A stretch of DNA of 64,000 nt from Trichoplax adhaerens (lineage: Eukaryota > Animalia > Placozoa), in contig NW_002060946.1 of NCBI RefSeq assembly GCF_000150275.1, positions 5,618,597-5,682,596 on the forward strand. Reading direction: 5' to 3'. Under the pieces are notes generated by a model, which saw nothing but the letters and a program-made list of their open reading frames with translations, was not told the DNA's origin and did no database searches. The translations under genes and the position numbers were made by a program. Below, one piece after another: positions 24,765 through 36,455 of this stretch; the first letter of the stretch is position 1, and each line of letters opens with the position of its first letter.

Positions 24765-26628
24765 TTACGAAGCCTCTGTTGGCTTCGGCTCCGACTCCAA
24801 GACATCTTTCATCGATATTTCAGCACTGACAGCATTTACCTGTTGCTTTACCAAATTTGGATCCTAATAAATAATGAAATAATTATCATCATATACCGTA
24901 CAGTAACTGATTTAATAAGATCAATGGATGTCTCAAATATCTCCAATCATTGAATAACTACAGATAATGTTTAGTTAGTATTAACACATTCGTCGATAAA
25001 TCTAATTCATTATGGAGCTCACCAACCTCGCAAGGTTTCTTAGTATCGATTTTGTTTTCAGCCACGGTATTACTACCCTTATTTACGATCTGGCAACCGT
25101 TTTCAGGGGCTTTGATTTGTTCATTTATCGCTAAATTGGAAAGAAGAATAATGTATTAATTTCTATAAAATATCATTCCACCATTACAATGACTAACTAG
25201 ACACGTCCACAATCGATGTGATCACGACTAGATTCAATTAAAATAATAGCAATCTTAATAAATGACATCAGGCCAGACATTTTCTACGTATCCAGTAGGT
25301 AAAGATTGACAATAATATAGAATAGTTTCAATAGATTACAATTAACTGCACTATAGAGCAACTCCATCTCCATTAACTATGGTACCTCATCCTGCTCTAT
25401 AGTGCTTAAAATAATTAAACTATCAATAGTTTGTCTCAGCTAACTATTTAAACAATTCACTTTGATTCATCGAGAACTTTGACCTCTAACAATAAACGAT
25501 TCATGTAGGTTCATGATAGTAACCTCTAGGGACTGATGAAATATTTATATTGCAACCTTTTAATATTTAATAATATCGTCTGATTAATATGAACGTCATG
25601 CAAGTAATTTATCTACGCTCTCGATAGTCAATTAGCTTAGATTTAATTAACGTAGCGTGATTTTAAAATTATGACGTCTTAATAAATGACATTTTATCTA
25701 TTAACATTAGGTGGTAAAATAAGACCATAGAATAACCCTTCTATCCACGTGGATTACGATCGAAGTATGCATAAGAAAAATTTTTTTACTATGAATGGCC
25801 TAGATGCTCAATTTTCTATTACTTTATGAGGTATAAAAATTGAAATAATTATTATACCACGGCTTATCTTTTAGTGTTAACCTTAACCTTGATCGAACTC
25901 TACCGCGTAAAAACTTCTTTCTTACAAAAATTCTAAGCTTAGACTATTAAAGATGTAGCGATTTCATACGTCTTTAATACCGGCATCTTTAATTTCACTT
26001 TTTATCATTAATGCTGACACTCTATTCTATTGACATTCATACAGTATGTCAGATACTATTGTATGATAGTTACGTAGAATAAGCTAAAATATAGAGTGCA
26101 ATCAATATTCTAATAATTCCATCAGTTAGCAGCATATAGAATATGTTACATATCCTTTCCACTAAGACAATCCAAGACTATTACAAATAGGATATTGTAC
26201 ATGTTTAGGATTGAGATGAAATTTACTTGACTCTAGCTTCTATGTGTCAATATACCCTAATAATGATTACAGGATGTACAACTTAAAATTGATGGATATT
26301 TCTAAATTATCGCTACTAAAATAATAAAAATAGGTTCGATTGATCACCAAAAATACAATCCATTCAGCATTCAACAGGTAGGATAAATTAATCTAAGTCA
26401 GCGTATGAATAACTTATCCCTATTTTAATTATCTTACTTTTCGCTGTGTAATAAAGTCATGGTAAAATAAGATATTGCCATAAGTATATATCATTATTTT
26501 ATTGGAAAAACTGGAAGCTCAACCGATTTTAAGGATATCCCAAAACAAGAACCTGACGATTTAAAATGGCTTATCATGGCTAAACAGTACTCCTAATCTA
26601 TAATAAAAATTCATGACTTACCAGACAT
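24765..26628 (-). CDS. Remodelled duplicate of DUF4440 paralog 3; predicted novel 69-aa protein (alternatively a pseudogene, or TGA readthrough to 24463)
   Basis: Exon 1 ATGTCTG (26622-26628), exon 2 25130-25027 using donor GAG|gttggt, exon 3 from 24863. Translation: MSAINEQIKAPENGCQIVNKGSNTVAENKIDTKKPCEDPNLVKQQVNAVSAEISMKDVLESEPKPTEAS*. Confidence 0.55.
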
Positions 26629-26761
26629 GACTTTCTTGTATTCGAAATCAATTAGCAATAGTGTTCGGAAAAATGGATAAACAACTTAGGGGAAAGTTGT
26701 AGGAAACTATTGAACTGGCAGAGATTGGAGGAGAAGTGATTTTTTCCAGTAGTTGTAGGTC

Positions 26762-26768
26762 TTATATA
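26762..26768 (-). promoter_or_regulatory. TATA box of the duplicated gene
   Basis: TATATAA about 135 bp upstream of the ATG; copy of 36317-36323. Confidence 0.55.
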
Positions 26769-28084
26769 GCCTTAGGCCGGCATCATGTTGACGCCTTATG
26801 CTAATTTTTATTCTATTGCTCCTCCAGAAAGAGCCAATTAAGCATATACCATTTCAGTGGTGTCTGAAGAGGGGGGAGTAAACTAGTTATGGCTAACAAT
26901 TATTGTCCGATTATTGACATATCGATTAAACAAATCCTTAATATTTCATTGCTAGTGTTCTAAACCATTGAGTTGAACTTTTAGTACTGAATCTATTCTA
27001 AATAAGCCAAGCTGTCCAGATGTTGCTTTAGTTTTTACTTAATATTTCTGTTCGCCTTATTTCGATGCGTTGATATTAGCAATAGAGTTATACCATAAGA
27101 CGGTTTGTTGTTTAAGTCATTCCGATGAAAAATGTTATACAGGTTGGCATCGGATAACAATATTCTTAAGATATGAATAGAATTGAATGGTACAGCAATA
27201 CCTTGAGTGCTCATTCTTTAACAGCGAGACTTATAACCAATATTGACATAAATGAGGTTAGTAAATATACGGAAAAGTTAAAATATATCCAATTTAAATA
27301 ATGTTGATATATCGACGAATAATTTTTTAGTTTTAAAGTAAAATTTATTATTAACCCTTACACTTACAATGGAATTCTTTTTAATTTTACTCGAAGTATT
27401 TAGGTATAAGTAAAATTGTATAGTTCATGCTTGCAGTTTCGTTTAATCTTTCAATTTTATCGATTTATTTTTATTCTATTTTAACCGATAAAGTATTGCC
27501 ATGGCACTTTGTTTAATAACGTAATAACACTTCATTTGCTAATTATATTATTATGACATATGCTGATTTTATTTCCGGTAAATTTTTGCAACCAAAATCA
27601 ATCTAATTATCGTATTCAGAGTCTTTGCATGGCAGCATATGTACTATTAATGCCAATAGCTTATAAGTATGAGTGATTTAACAGGAAGGCTAATGGATAA
27701 AGATAGATAGATTGTTGTTTATTTCTCAATCTCAAAATGTCAATCTTTGATTAGCAATGGAAAGTAAGGACGAATTTTATTTGTCTAGTGAATAAGATCG
27801 GGCTAAAATCGAGAGAGCAATTTATTTATGTCCTGGGTAGTTAAGTATCATGAGCAATCTTATCGATTATTTAATCATTTCGATTGCTTTCCACATAGAA
27901 TTGCATTATTGGCCGTCAATGATTCATTGTTAAAATTATAATATAATTCAAAATTTTCAATGGTTTAAAAATTCCATTTATTTACTTGTACTCACGCAAC
28001 TAGTTGTATTTAATTGCAACATCTGTTAAAATTATTTCTCACTTTTTGTCATATCCGAGCAATACAGAAACCACCCGATCAAAA

Positions 28085-29049
28085 ATGGCAGGTAATTGAA
28101 AAAAATTCCCTTGAAAATTAATACAGTTATACTAGTTACAGCAATCATTAGAAAGAAGTTGATGTCAGAATTATGAATAGTAGCATCAACAATCCATTTT
28201 AAAAGCAGTTTTTTTAAAGTCAGCTGATGTTATTAGTAGTTTTTTTTAACCAACTGATGTTATTAGCAGTTTTTTTTAACCAGCTGATGTTATTATCTAC
28301 GATAGCATAAAATTAAATTAAAAATAACTGCAGCTAGTTAATGGGTGTAGCTCAACATAGCTGAAAATGAAGAACGTTAAAGTCGATTTTTGAAGCCATT
28401 TTTTAAATAGGAATTTTTATTAATTACTAGATATCAAGACTGCAATCATTGCTGCTGAGGAATCTTATGAAGCTGCCATCAATGGCACTGACCTAGATGC
28501 CATCGTCAACCACTACACTGATGATGCACGTGTATTACCTCCAGGTGCAGAAACAATCTCTGGAAAAGAGGGTAAATATTATTTTTCGATCACTCTTTTG
28601 CTCCTATCACTGAACTATGCGATTCTATCCTCTGCGACAAATTGTTGGCTTAAAACTAAACGGTATGCCTTTATATTTTTCAGCTATTAAGGAATACTTT
28701 GCTTCTTTAGCTGCATTGGGTATTGCTAAAAGTGAATTTGTAACTGAAGAATGTGGCGGTGAAGGCACTCATGGTTTCTTGCGTTATAGCAGCAAACTGT
28801 ACAAGGAGGATGGATCACTTTTCGAAGAAGGAAAGTACGTATCAAGAGTTGATGGTATCTTTCACAGGATATGATTCTAGTTTTCCTAATTTATAAATCT
28901 TTTCTAATCTAACAACATGGATCATTAATCCACTATTCATATTATTATCATGCTTTTATTTTCATTGCAGGGGTGTTGTCTTGTATAGCAAGGACAGTGA
29001 TGGCACATGGAAGATCTTCCTCGATGTTGCCAACTCTAATAAGCAATAA
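28085..29049 (+). CDS. NTF2/SnoaL-like (DUF4440/YybH-type) protein, paralog 2 (4 exons)
   Basis: ATGGCAG|gt; DIKTAIIAAEESYEAAINGTDLDAIVNHYTDDARVLPPGAETISGKE; AIKEYFASLAALGIAKSEF...DGSLFEEGK; GVVLYSKDSDGTWKIFLDVANSNKQ*. Confidence 0.88.
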
Positions 29050-30417
29050 ACACCATTACATAGGTGTAACTTGGTCATGTTGAAAAATAACCAACAAACA
29101 TGACCAATTAAGTAGCTATTACTATTATCGTATGCCTTTCATGATTGAGATATTAAGCATCGAAATGCATATTTCTAAAAATATGTATGTATGATGTTGC
29201 TGTGTGATGTACTATTACGGGTAATTTTATATTTCATTAGCAATTGGTTTAGAATGACAGTAGTCCAATTCTAACTTACTTTATTCTATACTAGTTTGCA
29301 GATATTTAATGATCACGATACTCTGGTAAAATTAGTGTAGCTTGTATTACAAATGGAAGTGATACACAGAATGAGGCAAGATATAATCAGATAACGCATT
29401 AATTTTCTCAATGACTGCTATTAGCTATCGATCGCGTTAGATCAATAGTACCGTATATCAAGATTTGAATTACAACAAGAGCTATGAAGATTCTAGCTCT
29501 GTTTCAGCCTCTTTAAAGTAATGATAGCTAGCAAAATGTGATATTGTTTATTGCAAATTAATGATTTTGATACTCACTTTGGCTTAGTATAGAAGATATT
29601 CCAATTTTTAGAGCATCATCAAGTGTGTGTTTTGAATTGTCAGTCAATGTGAAGAGTGATCAAAAATAAAAAAAAAATTAAGGCAATTTGTCTATGCATT
29701 TTATATTTCATGGAATGGGTTTCCCATAGTAAAATTTAAAGTTGAATAAATGATGAAATTTTTGCTTAACAGCTCTACAAATTACGATAGAGAAATTACA
29801 GTCTTGAACTATAAATCAATCGTGTTCTATATTTAAAAACTTGTCAGACGTTCGGTCGATGTCTGATAATTAGAGAAGTGGTATTGAATCGATACTATAC
29901 AATTATAAATCTTTACTAATTATAGATCTGTAAGTCCAAGTTTAATCTATTTTATATTCGAACTTAATATAATGTTACAGAGCTTATGTCTACGAGATAT
30001 TACTGTTCCCTAGTCCTTGACCTCTTCTAAAATCCGAAAATTGATGATATGATTAATGCATAGTGTACTGCGGTATATGTAAACTTAATGATTGATCTAA
30101 TTTGTTTCAGAATCTATCGGTGGACCAGATCGATCGATTTAATTTTAAAATTCTTTTTCTTAGTCCTGACAGGTGATCAATTTATTTAAAGGCTATTACC
30201 AGTCTATCAATTTAAATATCCGTTTTAAATAAACGTTGTAACGCATGGCCACAATTATAGTAAAATATACGAATGCGAAATAGAATTATTTCCCTGCCTT
30301 AAGTAGGATCGCAGCGTATTAATTTATATGCCATACTGGGATAGTTTACTAATATAGTCGCAGAAATTCGATTCCCGATACTATATCTGATATGTAGCAG
30401 CCATTCCTGAATCATGA

Positions 30418-30660
30418 AATACATTTGATGTTGTATTAGCGTGCTAAAAGATAATACTTGAGTCAAAACTCACTAAGATTGCAGTCTATAGCCCAACATG
30501 CTCTTCTCATCATCTTATCTGCTGTGCACTTTAAAATACTGGCGAATACCTTTGATGTTGTTTTAGCATGCTAAAAGATAATATTTGAGTTAAACTCACT
30601 AAGATTGTAGTTTACAGCCCGACATGCTCTTCTCATCATCTTGTCTATTATACACTTCAA
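30418..30660. repeat. Tandem duplication, ~128 bp unit
   Basis: tttgatgttgt.ttagc.tgctaaaagataata.ttgagt.aaactcactaagattg...catgctcttctcatcatctt occurs twice. Confidence 0.75.
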
Positions 30661-30829
30661 ATACTAACAATCCCCTATAACTAGGCTGTAGTTAACTCAC
30701 CCTGCTATTCCGACTAGATTAATAGCCAGCAATTTCACAAAAATTACTACTATTTCTAGTGGAGTATGTCAACATCAATTCGTGTAACTCAAATAACATT
30801 GTCTTAATGATATTACCTATACAGGGTAT

Positions 30830-31445
30830 AGTCGGAAACATAGATAAAATTGTTATCGATCAATGATAAAACAACTAATCTAGTGATAAACCATCGTAGT
30901 GACGATGGTTGTTCAAGTCGAATTATTTTACTAAGATACTAAGCGTGCAGTAGTCATTATTGCTGTAAAAAGTTGTTGATCTGATCAGTATTGATGGAAG
31001 AGTCCAATTTAACTCGAATTACCTTGCTAAGATACTAGGCCTAAAGTAGCCATTATTAGATAAAAACATAGATCGGATGACTATCGATCAATTACAAAAG
31101 CAAGTTATCCAGCCATAAGCTACCTTCATTACGATATTTATTCAAGTCGAAGTACTTTGTTAAGATATTTTTTGTAACTATTAAAAGGTGATGATCCGAA
31201 CAGTATTAATGGATGAGTCTACTTCAACTCGGATTACTCTGCTTGGATTACACGTAAAGTAGCCATTATGAGATAGAAACATGAATCAAATGGTTATCGA
31301 CTAATTACAAAACAAGTTCTATAGCGATCTTCACTACAATATTTATTCATGTCCAATTGCTTTACTAAGATACTAGGCGTAAAGTAGCGATTATTACTAT
31401 AAAAAGGGTGTTGATTCAATCACTATTAATGAAAGAGTGCAGTTC
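30830..31445. repeat. Degenerate tandem repeat, ~220 bp unit, about 3 copies
   Basis: aaacata/gat...tatcgatcaatt..aaa.caa and ctaagatacta.gcgt.aagtag.cattat motifs recur. Confidence 0.55.
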
Positions 31446-34400
31446 CTTTTCGATCGAGCAATTTCTGCCGTAAGGAAGGTTAGTAATCTCGAAGATATGA
31501 GAGATGAACATAGAGCTTCGGATACTTATTTTATCTGATCTGATCATGGATTAAAATCCATGATCAGAATTATAGGAAAATGACCTTCAACTATTTTTCT
31601 CAAGAAATAAACAATCCCTGCAAAACAATTAGACTCTGATTTAGAAGATCAGGAGACTTGAGTCATGATAAAGTGTATCGCGACTTTAATATAGTCCAAA
31701 AGTAACTAATTCAACTGTAATCGACTACGTTTTCTATTTAGAATATAGTATTTGTTTTAATTAATGGCCATTTAAATAGAACAGTTATAGCAATTGGATG
31801 CCCGTAGGCTATGCTATCATCAAATAATATCATCGTCAAGTATTATTCTCATCTAGATTGCTGCTATTGCTAGTGGGTTGATTATCAAACTAGGAACAAA
31901 GCTTTTGCTCGCTTTGAAGCAACTATTGATCAAGTTATCGTTGTACCTTTTCATTTCGCTATTATCCTACCATCACTATCGCTGAACTTTGAGAATAGAA
32001 TCAATGAAAATGAAATAATGTCATTTGTTATTGAACGATAAGAACTGATGCATAAGCGTAAAAATAAAATTGCATTTTAAGCAGTGCTGTTAGAATCGAA
32101 ATTGTGTTACTATCTTAATTTTATCGCTGAATTGGTTAATTATCGGTAGAAAAAATTTTCATCACGACTAGACGATTGTAGATAAGTTTTAAATTAACGA
32201 ATGGATTATGAAGTCATTGACTTTAGTTTTCGATCCTGTTACGGTAGGATGTCTATCCGTTGAGTATGCTACTCAGCGTCGATATTGGGCATCTACGTTC
32301 AATATTTAGTCACTTGCTTCATGGGTAATATACTTTCTTGGCTATAGTATAGAATGATATTTCTTGTATCTGTTGATAGAAAAATTTCTGACTTAGCTAT
32401 TCAGAAATTCCTATATTTCCTCTGAATAAAAGCATTTTAAATAGTCCTACTTAATATTAATAATGTTATTCATACGATGTTGATTTTCGACGTATGATCA
32501 TTTTACTATAGTACTTTGCTACAAAATATCATGGATTGAGACTAGTTTATTTATTATTGTTATTAAAGGCTTAATATGAGAGATCTAGCTCTATCTCTTG
32601 ATTTTCATCATACTCACATTTATATTTAAAGTCAGCACTCAATTTAAAATGTATCTTTGATCTAACTTGAACTATTAATCGAGGAATATCGTATAAATAA
32701 GAATATGACTACTTCCATTACTATTCTTGTCGTTTATGCAATCTATACAGGCTATATAGAAATAATTAGCAGATGATTGCGGTTAACAACACTTATTGTA
32801 TATTAGTAACATGTAGGGACATTGTATTTCATGATCTTTTATTTATAATCTAAGAATGAGATTAGCATCGGATGGTTATAAATCAAGTTAAATCGATGTT
32901 ATTCCACATATAAATATTAAAGCTTTACCCGATTAGTATAGGTCCTAGATGATCAATCATCAAACGAGTTATTGTATGTAATCATGAGTAGCCGATACTA
33001 CTTGTCTTATGGATTAATAGCTTACTTTTATCTCAACCTACAATTAATGCTTGTATTGTCATCAACATGGTTTAATGCTTTGCACGGCTGATTAACCATT
33101 AAGTGCGAGTATTGATCATGAAATGATACGATTTAATTATGAACCATCGATGCCACTCGTCTTATGATAGGTTATTAAGCTCTAGATTTCTCATAGATAA
33201 TCATAGACTACCTCTAGTTGTCAATGTAAGAAATATTTTATTACTGTCAAAGCTAAATTTTTACTGTTGCACGCCGGGTGCACTTTGATTTTGCCTCATT
33301 TCTATAGCTAATAAATCATAAGAATAAGTCATGAAATAAACGATTTATCCGTGGCCTATCAATGCTACTTGTCTCCTTTGGATCAAATTGTCTATTTTTA
33401 CCTTGACCTATAGATAATACTTACATAATACGTTCCTATGTTGAAAAGGATATTATACAATTAAAATAATAAGTTCAAAGTGATATAATAGCGAAGTAAG
33501 ATATTGGAACAAAATCCTTGACAACTAGAGTAATTTTCTTAATTAAATGGAATGTAAGTAGCTATTAAATGCTCGAAGGCATCAACAGTTTATTTAAAAT
33601 AAAACATCGATGAACATGTATTACAATGAAGTAAATAAGCTGATAATAGCATAGAACTATCGTCCTGATTGGTTTACAAGCTTTAAAGACTTTAAATTCT
33701 ATTTACCTTATTTTACTTTCCCTGTAGATGATAGCGAATCATTTTTCTAATATAGCTATCAGCTACTTTGTACAGTATGTTTTAAAATCTTTTTTTTAAA
33801 TCATAAAAACACGTTTTCTCTTTCGAAATAGCCTCAGAAATAGATCAAGAATGTTCCGCTAATATCTTTTTTACTATAGCAAAGATCGTAGCGAACTTTG
33901 ACTGCATTCTCGCTTGTGATTTTACCTCATCGTCATTGTTTAATAGACTTGATTTCGATAACGGAAAACTTTAAAGTTTTCCTCTCTTAAATTACCCTTG
34001 GGATATCTTAGGAATGTCCTATAAAATTCTTCTAGAATGACAATGATGGTAGACGATAACGGACCTTGATCACATTTCCACCTCCTATTTAATCTTATTT
34101 GCAATCGATTAGATTTGAAAATTTTGTACTTGATTTATATTATCTAGGTAGCTGATTAAGCAGTTATCATTTTAGCTTGGCTATAATATGATACTGGTAC
34201 TGTAGATCAAGCATTGACGAATGTATCTATGATTGAAATCTACTATCGCATTAGGAACTAATAAGCCCGAGTAATATTATGGTGGCTTAGTTACACAGTA
34301 AAATGATGCAGTAGAAGAAGCAAGAATTAATATAAAATAGCCTTAACAGAATTCTCTTGATGTATTGATAACTAATCAATCAGGGTAGTCATCATGATCT

Positions 34401-36316
34401 AGCTAAGTTATAACACAATTTTGTTGATCAAGCATTAATTAATCGAGAGCATCAGAACCTGAAATTTTTTGTCGTATTGTAAATTATTTAATCTATAAAT
34501 TCGAGTAATCGTCATTTTAGCTTAATTGTAATAGGATATTGCAGATAAAGCAGTTATTAATGTAAAACATTCATCACTAAAAATCTGTTGTTGCATCGAT
34601 GATAATTAATAGAGCTCTAGATAAAATTTTATTAATTAAAACTAAAATATCGATAGGAGATAACGTAACTGCTTTAAAATTAAAGCGATTATCGGCAGGT
34701 GAAGATTGATTATGTTCCATGTTATCATAATTAGGCTATTTCTGGCTATCAATTCAGTTTTCGAGCTATAGTTGCTATCGTGCTATTCCTAATTTTATAT
34801 AAATTAGAAGAAATTGATTCAATTCCAATTCGATGATTACGTCTAGACCTAACAGGTTAGTTTATTGCTTTGCAGTTGATATCAAGAGAATGATGGAAGT
34901 AGGCAGATCTCAACTTATAATTGGTAAGGGAGGAAGTGATTATCTGCGTAACTAAGTCAAGCAGACAAATTATTGGTAGCAGATCTTAAGCATTATTGAT
35001 TTAATATTTAATATCGGTTCTTTCTTCACGAGATCGTACGGTATTATATTCGTATTTAAATTTAAAGCTTTTACATAACTCTAATTAAATTAAATAAACA
35101 AAGAACTTTCTCATTGTTGGAAAGGACAGTTTTAAATCCCCATCACTTTTAAAAAATAGCAATATAATTAAAATGATCATTGTTATTCTTTTATTCTATC
35201 TAAATTATTAATATATTTAGGGAACCAATCATGACAGCTTACAAGCTTAAAAAGCTATTCACAATAATTAAGTTTTCAATGGTATATGAATAATTTGGAG
35301 ACTAGAAAATATCAATTATTGCTCTATCGCGGATAGATAGAATCCAACTTGTCGACTGATTTAGTCATGATTGATTACATTAGTCTCTCTTCAATTTGAA
35401 GTATGTCGCTATCTTAATTCAGTCTGGACATGATTGCCATGGGTTTGATACACTTGATAAAAGTAGAATGTAGGATGATCCATGAAAAAAAGGATAAAAT
35501 ATATAGATTGGCAATAGGGATTGTGATTGCCGTTTTGTACATGATTCTATGCATATCTATGGTGTAAGAGGATTACTGGTTATTTATTTAGTCTGTTGTA
35601 TCGATAGATGAGATTCCTTATTGTAATAGTAATTTAGCAATATACTAGTATAGCAACAGAAAGCTAAATTTTGGCTACGTTATACTAGCATCAAAGTCTT
35701 TCTATATTGAAAAGAATAAGCAGACCAATAAATTACTTTCATGAGATGCCATGAAGACTTAAACTGTTTAGTTAACCTTAATCCATTGAAAAGATCGAAT
35801 GCCATTCATATCTACTTCTCTAGATCAAGAACAAGTTATTTATAAGTACTGTTAGATATCAAAGACGCCACTTCACCTTGCTATCATCGTAGTAGAACTT
35901 TATTTCTACTTTTCAAGGGTTAGACTATCAACAATGTGAATAAAGTCTAATACAAGTAAAAGAGGGCGACATAATCTAAATGCTAACGATGGAAATAGAA
36001 GTCCACTCCTCATTTTTTTGTACTGTCCTGCAGACTAACTCAATAAGGGACAATAGGTGTAAGCTCATGATGAAATAATATCGTCTAAGCTTAAAAAGTT
36101 CCTTAAAGATTGCAAAAGAAAGTAACTATAGCGTAAATAATTGCCTTTTAAATCGATATGTCAATAATCGGACAATAATTGTTAGCCATAACTAGTTTAC
36201 TCCGCCCTCTTCAGACACTATTGGAATGGTATATGCGTAATTGGTTCTTCCTGGAACAATACGGAGCAATAGAATAAAAATTAGCGTAAGGCGTCAACAT
36301 GATGCCGGCTCAAGGC

Positions 36317-36323
36317 TATATAA
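36317..36323 (+). promoter_or_regulatory. TATA box of paralog 3
   Basis: ggcTATATAAgacc about 135 bp upstream of ATG 36456. Confidence 0.55.
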
Positions 36324-36455
36324 GACCTACAACTATTGGAAAAATCACTTCTCCTCCAATCTCTCCCAGTTCAATAGTTTCCTACAACTTTCCCCTAAGT
36401 TGTTTATCCATTTTTCCGAACACTATTGCTAATTGATTTCGAATACAAGAAAGTC

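Larger units (their letters stand above)
22132..26927 (-). repeat. Inverted, circularly permuted segmental duplicate of 35001-39856
   Basis: 22132-23260 is the reverse complement of 35001-36151; 23261-26927 is the reverse complement of 36151-39856. High identity outside two exons. Confidence 0.95.

Noticed and set aside
22132-26927. Haplotype or assembly artefact explanation of the duplicate
   Set aside because: Scattered substitutions, indels (e.g. a 23-bp deletion near 23215), rewritten exons and microhomology junctions argue for a real paralogous copy; long reads are still needed for proof
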